Shown here in pieces: positions 29,736 to 39,499 of a stretch of 64,000 bases of DNA. Numbering within the stretch: position 1 is the stretch's first letter; each line of letters starts with the position of its first letter. Made by a program: the position numbers and the translations under genes. The stretch is from Candidatus Bathyarchaeota archaeon (GTDB taxonomy: Archaea > Thermoproteota > Bathyarchaeia > 40CM-2-53-6). The stretch covers positions 32,001-96,000 of the forward strand of contig CAVTBR010000003.1 in the NCBI GenBank assembly GCA_963733055.1. Reading direction: 5' to 3'. The notes beneath the pieces were generated by a model, which saw nothing but the letters and a program-made list of their open reading frames with translations, made no database searches and was not told where the DNA came from.

Positions 29736-30430
29736 ACCTCCATATCCTCCCCAAAGTCGATGACGCGAACGAGTGCGCGCGTGTCGCTCAAATCCTCAAG
29801 GCTGCGGGCTACTCGACCGTAGGGCTTACGATCCCTACTGGCCTTCTGGTTGAGCGTGTCAATTCTATTCGACGAATATTTGAAGATCAAGGAATTGCAA
29901 CCGCGCTTCGGATAGATGTCGGATCCCCTTCTAGAATGGAACTGCTCCGATCGCTTCGGAGATTCAGAAACGGCTACGATATAGTCGGGGTGAAGTGTGC
30001 GAATCCCCGGGTTGCAACAGTTGCATGTAGAGACCGGAGGGTTGATGTTGTGTTCTTCGATCCCTTTTTGCGAGGTGTGCGATTCAGTCATTCTCTTGCA
30101 CGCCTACTTCATGGTGCCCTCGAAATCAACTTGATCGCCGACATACTCTCGTCAACCGACGGCGGTATCCTGTCTAGAATGCGGAAGACTATCGCCGTTG
30201 CCCATGAGCATAACGTGAAAGTCGTGTTATCGAGTGGAGCGAGAACGGCCGAGATGGTGAGAAGTCCGATTCAGTTAAGTGCCATCGCCTCAACCCTTGG
30301 GCTCGGAGGAGCGGTCTCGATGGGCGCGGTGTCAATAGTGCCGGCGTCCATCATAACTGAGAATGCTGAGAAGCGGAAGCCCGAGTACGTGGAAGAAGGC
30401 GTGAGAATAGTTGTATCATCACGGCGTTGA
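29720..30430 (+). CDS. rnp3: RNase P protein Rpp30 (apparent CTG start)
   Basis: (CTG)SNFVDLHI in frame with called ORF; RVDVV, LEIN, LSSGA, RSP. Confidence 0.82.
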   Translation: MSNFVDLHILPKVDDANECARVAQILKAAGYSTVGLTIPTGLLVERVNSIRRIFEDQGIATALRIDVGSPSRMELLRSLRRFRNGYDIVGVKCANPRVATVACRDRRVDVVFFDPFLRGVRFSHSLARLLHGALEINLIADILSSTDGGILSRMRKTIAVAHEHNVKVVLSSGARTAEMVRSPIQLSAIASTLGLGGAVSMGAVSIVPASIITENAEKRKPEYVEEGVRIVVSSRR

Positions 30431-30433
30431 GCT

Positions 30434-30757
30434 ATGATGACTCGGCGCTACCTACTTGTGAAAGTCCTTTACGGCAGGGATTTTACTGATCAACAGTTCC
30501 ACGACACACTCAACTCGTCGGTACGTACGCATTTCGGCGACGTCGGTTTTGCACGTATGGATCCAAAGATTATAAAATTCAGCCAAAACACATCGACCAG
30601 CATCGTTTCCTGTGAAAAAAGCGCGGTCCAGGAACTTGCGTCCGCTTTAGCCCTTATCACTGATTGCGGTGGAACCAGTATTACATTCTTGGTGCTGGCT
30701 GCCTCTGGAACTATCAAAGGGCTACGAAAACGAAAGTTTGGGCAACGTTTTTCATGA
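30434..30757 (+). CDS. rnp2: RNase P protein Pop5/Rpp14
   Basis: RRYL, FGDVG, SGTIKGL. Confidence 0.85.
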   Translation: MMTRRYLLVKVLYGRDFTDQQFHDTLNSSVRTHFGDVGFARMDPKIIKFSQNTSTSIVSCEKSAVQELASALALITDCGGTSITFLVLAASGTIKGLRKRKFGQRFS

Positions 30758-30777
30758 AGCGACTGGACTCTGATTGA

Positions 30778-30849
30778 GGGGATGACGAAGCCAGTCCCAG
30801 TCAGATCTCTTTGCTGAAGATATGACGACCTCAGCGACGGTCGGACCCC
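30778..30849 (+). ncRNA. Box C/D guide sRNA candidate
   Basis: GGGG/CCCC terminal stem, C box ATGACGA 30782-88, D' CAGA 30802 or CTGA 30814, C' ATGACGA 30822-28, D box CGGA 30842-45 compensatory to C box. Confidence 0.65.
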
Positions 30850-31006
30850 ACAATTACGATTTGGAGATTTGTGGATGCCGTTTCATTTCGTCGTGACTCA
30901 GTGATTCTGGATCTGGTCACAATATTTCCAGTAGGATACGCGGAGTAAAGGGTTTAATTAGGGAATACTACTCAAATGGCTGAATTTCGTAACAGGTGAA
31001 TTTGAA

Positions 31007-31753
31007 TTGTCAATGTTTGCCGTTCCGGGCGCATACGACCGCGCGATCACAGTTTTCTCACCAGATGGACGCCTATTCCAGGTTGAGTACGCGTCCGAGA
31101 CCGTAAAGAGAGGAGCTACCGTTCTCGGCATTGCATGCCCCGAGGGCGTAGTCTTAGCAGCCGAAGAACGTGCCACATCAAAACTCCAAGATCCTACATT
31201 CATGTGGAAGATCTTTCAAATCGACGAACATGTAGGCGCGGCTGTTGCCGGATTAAGCTGCGACGCCCACATTTTAGTCGACCAAGCGTGCGTCTACGCT
31301 CAATCAAACCGACTCCTCTACGATGAACCCATTGACGTAGAGATTCTAACGAGGAGAATTGGGGAGATAAAGCAGCTTTACACGCAGCACGCGGGAGTTC
31401 GTCCGTTCGGAATATCGATGCTGTTTGGCGGTCTGGATCGAAAGGGCAGTAGACTTTTCTGGACAGACCCAAGTGGTGCTTTTCTTGCCTACAAGGCTTG
31501 GGCCATCGGTGCGGGGGGCGACGCCGCCAACGAAATTCTTGAAGCCGACTACAAGGACACTATGACACTTGACGACGCTTTAGCCCTTGCTCTGAAATGC
31601 ATGGGCAAAGTATTGGAAGACAAGTTGGACGCACAGAAAATCAGAATTGCAACTGTATCCGCTGCTACCAAGAAGTTTACCAAACTCACCCAGGACGATG
31701 TTGACAAGTATATCAAACGGCTTGATTCGACGAAAAAGGCCGCTAGCCGATGA
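31007..31753 (+). CDS. psmA: Proteasome alpha subunit
   Basis: YDRAITVFSPDGRLFQVEYA, RPFG. Confidence 0.97.
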   Translation: MSMFAVPGAYDRAITVFSPDGRLFQVEYASETVKRGATVLGIACPEGVVLAAEERATSKLQDPTFMWKIFQIDEHVGAAVAGLSCDAHILVDQACVYAQSNRLLYDEPIDVEILTRRIGEIKQLYTQHAGVRPFGISMLFGGLDRKGSRLFWTDPSGAFLAYKAWAIGAGGDAANEILEADYKDTMTLDDALALALKCMGKVLEDKLDAQKIRIATVSAATKKFTKLTQDDVDKYIKRLDSTKKAASR

Positions 31754-32439
31754 GTGAAAAATTCACTACGGCTCGAATCTCAAAAAGCGGAGAAAAATTC
31801 GAAATCCTGGTTAAACCCGACCCTGCATTAGAGTACAAGATGGGAAAGCAGCTAGGCATATCCCAGCTCCTAGTCATAGACGAAGTCTACACCGACGCGG
31901 GGAAAGGCACTCACGCCTCCGCGGAAAAACTACAGAAAGCCTTCGGCACGGAAGACCCGGTTGCGATTGTGGAAGAGATAATGAAGCATGGCGAGCTTCA
32001 ACTCACCACAGACCAAAGGCGTCAATTAGTCGAGGACAAGCGCAAGCAGATCATTGCCTTTGTCGCCAGAAACTGCATCGACCCAAGAAGTGGGACGCCC
32101 CATCCACCAATACGCATCGAACAGGCAATGAATCAGATCAAGTACTCCATTGATCCTTTCAAGAACGCCGATGAACAAGCGAAGGATGTGATAGAGGAGC
32201 TCAGGACACTTCTACCGATCAAGATGGAGCAGATGCGTGTCGCGATTAAGATTCTTGCGGAATTTGCGCCTAAGGGGTATGGAGCGGTTAAGGGATATGG
32301 GACGATCAGCAGGGAGGAGTGGCAGGCCGATGGGGCGCTCGTTGCGGTGGTTGAAATGCCCGCTGGCCTTTATGGGCCGTTCGTTGAGAGGCTTGGCAAG
32401 ATCACTCAGGGTACAATTCAGACAAAGATACTGAAGTAG
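31750..32439 (+). CDS. Ribosome maturation factor SBDS
   Basis: KFEILV, FGT, GELQLT, PHPP.RIE; follows psmA. Confidence 0.93.
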   Translation: MSEKFTTARISKSGEKFEILVKPDPALEYKMGKQLGISQLLVIDEVYTDAGKGTHASAEKLQKAFGTEDPVAIVEEIMKHGELQLTTDQRRQLVEDKRKQIIAFVARNCIDPRSGTPHPPIRIEQAMNQIKYSIDPFKNADEQAKDVIEELRTLLPIKMEQMRVAIKILAEFAPKGYGAVKGYGTISREEWQADGALVAVVEMPAGLYGPFVERLGKITQGTIQTKILK

Positions 32440-32531
32440 GTAGCCTAACGCAGACCTCGTATTCGACCTTAGTCCACTTTGGGCGATCGAGCTACCGATT
32501 TATCTGAATAGGCTGGAAATCGTGACTAGGG

Positions 32532-32831
32532 TTGCGAGGGAGCCGCTTTCGAAAATGGGCAGTAGTTGCGGCGGGCATATTCCTTCTCCTTCTCTTCGTA
32601 TACCTGTTAGGAACCCACAGTTCTTTTTACGGCACGACCTCAACGTCGACCGGAAACACTGCTACCGTTAACTCTCTTGTTACTAACTCGCCAATTTACA
32701 TGCCCTTGCCTCCAATCTCATCTTCTCCGACCCCCAAACCACCCCAAACACTTCTCGTAGCCGGGTCGCTTATCATCCTCGTGACAGCAGCTCTCCTAGG
32801 AGCACTGATTTGGAAGCGAAGAAAGAGATAG
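32532..32831 (+). CDS. Small two-TM protein with Ser/Thr/Pro linker
   Basis: Hydrophobic N- and C-terminal segments, basic WKRRKR tail. Confidence 0.5.
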   Translation: MRGSRFRKWAVVAAGIFLLLLFVYLLGTHSSFYGTTSTSTGNTATVNSLVTNSPIYMPLPPISSSPTPKPPQTLLVAGSLIILVTAALLGALIWKRRKR

Positions 32832-32974
32832 AGAGAATCAATCGCACCGGCCGAAATTCCCCCACACCAATTGAACCGAGAGGCAACATGTGGTCGCTTT
32901 TGCGGAAAACTCAATGTATATCTAGCAGTTTCCTTGTTTTTCTCGAATTCATCTATATGATTGAGTTGGAATAG

Positions 32975-33682
32975 TTGACAGTCCTAGCAGAGAGAAAACA
33001 GTTAGTCGGCCCAGGGGATGTTCTCGCAGAAGGCCCATACTTTGCGGGCGAGAACACATACCGTGAGGGGTCTAAGATTTTCGCCTCACGTGTGGGGATG
33101 GCTGATGTAGTCGGGAACAAGCTGATAGTCATGCCCGTCAAGGGAGCATACATCCCTCGCATGGACGACATCGTCCTCGGTCGAGTCTTTGACATTGGAA
33201 TGTCGGGGTGGCAAGTGGATATCTACGCACCCTACCCTGCAATGTTACCCGCCTCGGAAACTCCTATGCACCGAGGACGCGATTCAGTTCGTCGAGATCT
33301 CCGTAGCATCTATGGCGTCGGAGATCTTATGATCGCTCAGGTCATCGCGTTCGACAGGACCCGTGATCCTCTCTTGACGACAAAAGGGAGAGGACTGGGC
33401 AAGGTGTCTTCAGGGCGCGTGGTGCGCATCAACAATACGAAGATACCGCGAATCATCGGGAAGAAAGGCTCGATGATAACAATGTTGAAGAAGGAGACTG
33501 GAACCGATATCGTACCAGGCCAAAACGGCGTAATCTTGGTTACTGGAAGAAATCCTGACCAGGAACTGATAGCTGTAGAAGCTATCTACATGATCGAACG
33601 AGAAGCGCATACTTCAGGTCTGACAGATCGAGTGAAGGCAATGATAATGGAGCGCATGAAGGGAATAAGCGTTGGGCAATAA
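32975..33682 (+). CDS. rrp4: Exosome cap subunit Rrp4
   Basis: YIPR.DDIV.G, S1 domain, KH RIIGKKGSM, EAHTSGLT. Confidence 0.95.
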   Translation: MTVLAERKQLVGPGDVLAEGPYFAGENTYREGSKIFASRVGMADVVGNKLIVMPVKGAYIPRMDDIVLGRVFDIGMSGWQVDIYAPYPAMLPASETPMHRGRDSVRRDLRSIYGVGDLMIAQVIAFDRTRDPLLTTKGRGLGKVSSGRVVRINNTKIPRIIGKKGSMITMLKKETGTDIVPGQNGVILVTGRNPDQELIAVEAIYMIEREAHTSGLTDRVKAMIMERMKGISVGQ

Positions 33683-34436
33683 AGAACAAGTGCAGCTGAT
33701 TAATCAAAACGGACTCCGCGTGGACGGCCGACGGCTTGATGAACTGCGGCCAATCAAATTGGAAGTTGGAGTACTCGACAAGGCAGATGGTTCGGCTTAC
33801 ATCGAGCATGGGAGGAATAAGATTCTAGCAGCGGTATTCGGCCCTCGCGAGGCACATCCAAAGCATATCGCGCTCGCCGACAGAGCTGTTGTGAAGTGCA
33901 GGTATCATATGGCACCGTTCTCGACGGACGAAAGGAAGTCACCTGCCCCATCCAGGCGTGAGCTCGAACTCTCCAAGGTCATCAGAGAATCGCTTGAGCC
34001 TTCGATAATGTCGGAGTATTTCCCGAGGTCAACTATTGACATCATCATTGAGGTTCTTCAGGCGGATGCGGGAACGAGATGTGCTGGGATTACTGCCGCC
34101 TCCCTGGCTCTGGCAGATGCCGGAATTCCATTGCGGGAGCTGGTCGCCGCGTGTGCGGCTGGTAAGATAGATGGCAAGGTAGTTCTAGACCTTTCTGATA
34201 TCGAGGACAAGAAGGGCGATGCGGACCTGCCCGTGGCCTATATGCCGAAATCGAACGCAATTGGGTTGCTACAAATGGATGGCTCGATGACTGAAGATGA
34301 ATTGAAACAGGCTTTAGAGATTGCGGTTAACGCTTGCAAGACGATATACGACATGCAGCGCGACGCCCTTCGGCGAAAGTACCATATCGAGCGAGATGAG
34401 TCTGAGACTGAAGAAGTTGCGGAGGTCAAAGCATAA
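33672..34436 (+). CDS. rrp41: Exosome catalytic subunit Rrp41
   Basis: RVDGR, ADGSA, GPRE, MAPFS, QADAGTR, GDADLP. Confidence 0.96.
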   Translation: MGNKEQVQLINQNGLRVDGRRLDELRPIKLEVGVLDKADGSAYIEHGRNKILAAVFGPREAHPKHIALADRAVVKCRYHMAPFSTDERKSPAPSRRELELSKVIRESLEPSIMSEYFPRSTIDIIIEVLQADAGTRCAGITAASLALADAGIPLRELVAACAAGKIDGKVVLDLSDIEDKKGDADLPVAYMPKSNAIGLLQMDGSMTEDELKQALEIAVNACKTIYDMQRDALRRKYHIERDESETEEVAEVKA

Positions 34437-35251
34437 TGTCCGCGACACGCCAACCTTCCCCGCTTGCAAAGCTCGAACAGAAAACTGTGCGCGACCTAAT
34501 TCTGAAGGGCAAGCGGATTGATGAACGAGGCCCGTTAGACTACCGGCCTCTTACGATTACGCTTGGAATTGTGGAGAAGGCTAACGGATCTGCTCAAGTT
34601 TACCTGGGCAAGACCAGGGTCCTGGCTGGGGTGAAGGTGCAAGTTGGCACCCCTTTTCCAGATACTCCGAATGAAGGGATACTCACAGTCAACGCGGAAT
34701 TCGTTCCGCTCGCCTACCCTACATTTGAGGCAGGTCCGCCCGACGAGAATTCAATTGAACTTGCGCGCGTCGTGGATCGCGGAATACGTGAATCGAAAGC
34801 AATAGACCTTGCCAAGATGTGCATTGACCCCGGGAAGAAAGTTCTCGTGGTTTTCGTGGACATTTACATTCTTGATCATGACGGAAACCTGATTGACGCA
34901 GCGGGATTGGCGGCGCTGGGAGCACTCGTAAACTCGAAAATGCAGGCATTTGACGTAAAAGGCGGCGAGATCAAGTACAAAGACTCGCAAATCCCTCTCC
35001 CGATGCAAAACTACCCCGTTCCCGTCACATCCGTGAAACTTGACAGTTCGGTCATCGTTGATCCATGCCTCGAGGAGGAACAAGTCATGAGTTGCCGGCT
35101 AACCGTCACGACCGACAAGAATGACAATATTTGCGCCATGCAGAAAGGCGGATTAGGCGTCTTTACCCCTGAGGAAATAACGCAGACCATCTCGTCTTCG
35201 GTGCGCAAATCGAGAGAACTACGTGAGAAGATTCTTTCGAAAGTGAACTAA
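34436..35251 (+). CDS. rrp42: Exosome subunit Rrp42
   Basis: KANGSA, PFPDTP, ELARVVDRGIRES, DHDGNL.DA, AMQK. Confidence 0.96.
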   Translation: MSATRQPSPLAKLEQKTVRDLILKGKRIDERGPLDYRPLTITLGIVEKANGSAQVYLGKTRVLAGVKVQVGTPFPDTPNEGILTVNAEFVPLAYPTFEAGPPDENSIELARVVDRGIRESKAIDLAKMCIDPGKKVLVVFVDIYILDHDGNLIDAAGLAALGALVNSKMQAFDVKGGEIKYKDSQIPLPMQNYPVPVTSVKLDSSVIVDPCLEEEQVMSCRLTVTTDKNDNICAMQKGGLGVFTPEEITQTISSSVRKSRELREKILSKVN

Positions 35252-35252
35252 C

Positions 35253-35654
35253 GTGGGCAGAACATACAAGGTAGGCCCATCAGGAAGCTTTGGAGCGCGA
35301 TATGGAACAGTCGCGCGTAAGAGATACTCCGTCATCATGACTGGAATGAAAGCACCACACGAATGCCCTCAGTGCCATATCAGCACAGTCAAACGCCTCT
35401 CTGTCGGAATCTGGCTCTGCGGTAGCTGCGGGTTCAAGTTCGCTGGCGGCGCCTACTTGCCGACAACAAAACTTGGTCAAGTAGCTGAAAGAGCGTCCCG
35501 CGCCGGCGTGGCGAGCAGTGCGGTCGCCGAGCTCAAAGCCGAGAAAGCACGGCAGATGGAAGCCGAAACCAAGGCCAAGATTGCGAAACGAAGGCGCAGA
35601 AAAGCCAAAACCGAAAAAGAACCGGAGAAAACCGTCGAAGAGAAGACCGAGTAA
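35253..35654 (+). CDS. rpl37ae: 50S ribosomal protein eL43 (L37Ae) with C-terminal extension
   Basis: FGARYG, CPQC, GIWLCGSC, GGAY.P. Confidence 0.93.
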   Translation: MGRTYKVGPSGSFGARYGTVARKRYSVIMTGMKAPHECPQCHISTVKRLSVGIWLCGSCGFKFAGGAYLPTTKLGQVAERASRAGVASSAVAELKAEKARQMEAETKAKIAKRRRRKAKTEKEPEKTVEEKTE

Positions 35655-35734
35655 AGCATCAAACCCGATTACCCCGACACACAACGTGACACGCAAATAC
35701 GCGCCTGACTCACAACGGTCCAAAGACGTAGAAA

Positions 35735-36034
35735 ATGAAACGATCCAAGAGCAGGGCAGAAGCAAGAATCACCGCCCGGTTCAAGCCGCGCCAACAAATG
35801 GAAGCAATCGCCGAATCCCTATGCCCTGAAATGTTGTACCCGGCCGGCGAAAAGGCGACCGCGAGAATCACAAAGAAAGGAAACACGCTAAAACTCCAAT
35901 TCAAGGCAAGAGATACTGCTGCCTTGAGGGCGATATTGACTTCATACCTCAGATTATTGGGGACAGCCGTAAACGTTTCAAGATCGCTCCAGGAATTAGA
36001 AATGAAACGTAAACCAAACCTGCTCAGGCACTGA
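35735..36034 (+). CDS. pcc1: KEOPS Pcc1-family protein
   Basis: SLCPE, ARDTAALRAILTSYLRLL; exosome operon position. Confidence 0.8.
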   Translation: MKRSKSRAEARITARFKPRQQMEAIAESLCPEMLYPAGEKATARITKKGNTLKLQFKARDTAALRAILTSYLRLLGTAVNVSRSLQELEMKRKPNLLRH

Positions 36035-36056
36035 CTCGGAATAGATATGATGCCAG

Positions 36057-37267
36057 ATGATTGAGATTATAGATTCCGAGATGCGGTCGAAAGGGATTGA
36101 TGGAATTGTCGTGTTTGGAGAAACGACTCTCGCGGACCCGGACCTTACCTATGTCGTAGGAGGAGTACTTCCTCGAGGTGGCACGTACTTCAAGAAACGC
36201 GGCAGATCACCCCTACTCGTTGTCAGCAATTTGGACTACGGGTCAGCCAAGAGGGCGGGTAAAGTCAAGAGAATCCAAACTCTGACACAGTGTGGATATG
36301 AGAAACTCCTCAAACGATTCGAGAACAGCGCCTTCCCACACCTCATCTCACAAATACTCAGAGCGGAAGGAGTTCGAGGAAAGGTAGTGCTCTTCGGCAG
36401 AAACGATTCGGCCAAGAGTTTACAATTGGCTGAGAGGCTGAAAAGATTAGGCGTCAACGTTACCGGACAACAATCCCCTACTACACTTGAGGCCGCACGA
36501 GATACGAAAGACCCCAAAGAGATTCAAGAGATTCAGAAGGTTGGAGGCAAAACAGCAAAGGTAGTCGATGAAGTACTTCATGCACTCCGGAATGCGAAGG
36601 AGAAACGCGGCCACTTGCAAATTGGAACGAAACATGCGACCGTTGGATTACTCAAATTCATGATCGCGTCGAAACTAGCTCGTGAAAAACTAATTGCGCC
36701 CGAGGGCACGATATTCGCGATTGGCCCGTCAGGGGCAGACCCCCACAACGCCGGGGTGGACCGGCAGAAATTAGAAAGGGAAAGCTGATTGTCTTTGACA
36801 TCTTCCCTCAAGCTACGAGTGGGTACTGGTTCGACATGACTCGAAGTTTTGTCGTGGGCAGGGCAGATTCGAGGGCGAGGAAAATGTTCGAGGCCGTCAA
36901 AACTGCTCAAATGGCCTCGCTTGATTTCTTGCGAGCCGGCGTAACGGGAGAGGCCGCCATGGAAGTCTCTTGCGACACTATAGAACGAGCCGGGTACAGA
37001 ACAGTGAGGGAGATTTTTCAAGGTAAGGCAAAGAGCATATCGGAGGGCTACATCCATTCGCTCGGGCACGGGGTCGGGCTTACCATCGGGGAAAGCCCCT
37101 ACCTTAGCCTCTCAGCAAAAGATCCACTGAAGAGCGGAGAGGTTGTCACTGTGGAACCGGGTGTCTACCTGCCAGGCTATGGTGGCGTTCGAATCGAGGA
37201 CACCGTTGCTGTCAAATCGAAACGCGTCGAGATCCTGGCGAAAGTTGAAAAGGAATTAGAGCTTTAA
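36057..37267 (+). CDS. M24 Xaa-Pro aminopeptidase, frameshift near 36778
   Basis: PH, then IVFDIFP...DMTRS in shifted frame, HSLGHGVGL, VTVEPGVY, GGVRIED. Confidence 0.85.
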
Positions 37268-37286
37268 CTAATCCAGGTGTTCCACC

Positions 37287-37775
37287 TTAAACACCCTCAT
37301 CGTTGACGTAGCCGTTCCCGACGGTTGCAATGTCATCTTTGGACAAAGCCATTTCATCAAGACGGTAGAAGACCTTCACGAGGCCATGGTCAACGCCGTT
37401 CCGAACGCGAAATTCGGGATCGCGTTCTGTGAATCGAGCGGACCTTGCCTGGTTCGATCAGAGGGAAATGACCCTGACCTTAAGCAGTTGGCCTCGAAGA
37501 CTGCGCTTCAGCTCGCGGCTGGACATAGTTTCATAATATTCATGCGCAACATGTTTCCAATAAACGTCCTCGACAAGGTGAAAGCTGTCCCGGAAGTTTG
37601 CAACATCTACTTGGCCAGCGCAAATCCTTTCCAAGTCATCTTGGCCGAAACGGGCCAAGGACGTGGAATCCTAGGAGTCGTCGATGGTTTCGCATCTAAA
37701 GGAATCGAGACGGAAAAGGACGTCCGAGATAGGAAGGATTTCCTTAGGAAGATCGGTTACAAGCTTTCAACTTGA
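37287..37775 (+). CDS. DUF355 adenosine/AMP-binding (adenosine-specific kinase family) protein
   Basis: In-frame extension [16 protein letters not shown] upstream of called ORF; FCESSG, GVVDG, IGYK; start codon unclear. Confidence 0.85.
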   Translation, partial: LNTLIVDVAVPDGCNVIFGQSHFIKTVEDLHEAMVNAVPNAKFGIAFCESSGPCLVRSEGNDPDLKQLASKTALQLAAGHSFIIFMRNMFPINVLDKVKAVPEVCNIYLASANPFQVILAETGQGRGILGVVDGFASKGIETEKDVRDRKDFLRKIGYKLST

Positions 37776-39200
37776 TTTCTTACGATCACTAGACGCTAAA
37801 TACCACCGCGTCCCAGCGGCAGTGTCTTCAAGTCCAATCCCAGAAGCTAGGATTTCATCTCTCAAGCGATCCGCACTGGTCCAGTCGCCCCGTTTTCTCG
37901 CGTCCTCTCGTAATCGCAGTATGACATTCAACAGGTCATCGATGACATCGTGTTGGCCGGCTTGGTTGGATGTCAGAATTCCGAAGACGTTTCCGAAGTA
38001 GCCGAGAGTCTTGGAGACCAGTTCAGCTGAGGCCCCGTCAATCTTGCGCGCCGCATATGCCTCCGCATCCTTTGCGTATGCGATCATCGTTGCCAAGGCA
38101 CGGGGAGTATTGAAGTCGTCGTCCATGGCCTCATTGAATTCGACAATTGCTTTCGCGGATAGCTTCTGAATGGGTTCTGCTGCGTCCTGTTCAGCGTGAC
38201 CATTCGACTCTGCTTTCGCTCTGAATTCGTTGTATACAGACCTTAGTTTGTCCAGAACTTCCTCTGCTTGTTGGATGTCTGCTTCGTTGAAGCTGAGTTG
38301 GGATCGGTAATGTCTCATTCCGTAGTACAAACGAAGGGCTTCGGCATCATGCTTTCGGAGCGTATCCGCAATCGTAATGAAGTTGCCGAGTGAATGGCCC
38401 ATGCGTTCTCCGCTTATCGTGAGGAGCCCACCGTGTACCCAGAATCGAACTAGGGGAGAAACCCCTGTCGCAGCCTCTGCCTGAGCAATTTCGGCTTCGT
38501 GGTGGGGGAAGATCAAGTCGAGGCCGCCTCCGTGGATGTCATAAGTTGGGCCGAAATAGTTAGTGGTAATCGCCGTATCCTCGATATGCCATCCAGGTCT
38601 GCCCTTTCCCCAAGGGCTGTCCCACCAGGGTTCTCCTGGTTTCGCGCTCTTCCATAAGGCGAAATCAGCATGGCTCTTCTTTCGCGGGTCGGGGTCGATT
38701 CTGTGTATGACGAGTTGTTCAACTTTCTGTCCAGAAAGTTTACCGTAATCAGGGAATTTGGAAACGTCATAGTAGACGTCGCCCTCGACTTGGTACGCGA
38801 AGCCCTTAGCGATTAGTGTGGAGATCTGTGCAATGATTTCTGGAATATGCTCGGACGCTTTCGCGTATAGGTTGACACTTGTAATTCCCAGTGCCGCCAT
38901 GTCTCTCATGAATTCTTTCGTGAAATTGTCAGCCATCCTCAATGGATCCTCGCCAGAAGCATTCGCTCGGTTGATGATCTTGTCTTCAACGTCCGTGACG
39001 TTCATGAGGTAATACAGGCTGTATCCTTTGGCCCGAAGATATCGAGCAATTATGTCGTAGGCAAGATAAGTGCGAGCGTGGCCGATGTGGCTGTGGTCGT
39101 AGACTGTAGGGCCGCATACGAACATTTGGACTCTATTTCCGTGCTGAGGTGTAAACCCTTCGACGGTTCGCGTCCTGGTGTTGTATATCCTAAGACCCAT
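37767..39200 (-). CDS. cysS: Cysteinyl-tRNA synthetase
   Basis: [34 protein letters not shown]. Confidence 0.94.
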   Translation of the reverse strand: MGLRIYNTRTRTVEGFTPQHGNRVQMFVCGPTVYDHSHIGHARTYLAYDIIARYLRAKGYSLYYLMNVTDVEDKIINRANASGEDPLRMADNFTKEFMRDMAALGITSVNLYAKASEHIPEIIAQISTLIAKGFAYQVEGDVYYDVSKFPDYGKLSGQKVEQLVIHRIDPDPRKKSHADFALWKSAKPGEPWWDSPWGKGRPGWHIEDTAITTNYFGPTYDIHGGGLDLIFPHHEAEIAQAEAATGVSPLVRFWVHGGLLTISGERMGHSLGNFITIADTLRKHDAEALRLYYGMRHYRSQLSFNEADIQQAEEVLDKLRSVYNEFRAKAESNGHAEQDAAEPIQKLSAKAIVEFNEAMDDDFNTPRALATMIAYAKDAEAYAARKIDGASAELVSKTLGYFGNVFGILTSNQAGQHDVIDDLLNVILRLREDARKRGDWTSADRLRDEILASGIGLEDTAAGTRWYLASSDRKKSS

Positions 39201-39499
39201 GCCAAACTTCCTCTCTTGTAAGAAGGACAGGCGAGATAAGCAACTTCGCTTTAGTCAGTCGTAGGGAAAATGGTTCGAGAACAAATACGGTCACCCATCT
39301 TTCCTCACTGGTTGCGATTGGTTCAAGAAGATCTAATTAATCTTATGATCAAATCGGAATCCAAATCCGGAACCAATCCTGATTCGGGAGACAATTGGAG
39401 GGCGGATAGGTCGGCGAGCGATGATTCGGGGTACTTGTTTACCCTCACACATATATTGAACCGACCGGTTCCAGTCTGCAAAAATGGATGATTATCATT

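Noticed and set aside
30761-30840. SECIS-like hairpins containing ATGA
   Set aside because: No in-frame TGA selenoprotein nearby; the box C/D architecture explains the motifs better.
31280-31300. Arg-to-Cys change in proteasome alpha (DQACVYAQ)
   Set aside because: A single base change in an error-prone assembly; not interpretable.
36770-36790. Programmed -1 frameshift in the M24 peptidase
   Set aside because: The A/G runs are not phased as an X XXY YYZ slippery site, and similar indels occur in several unrelated genes.
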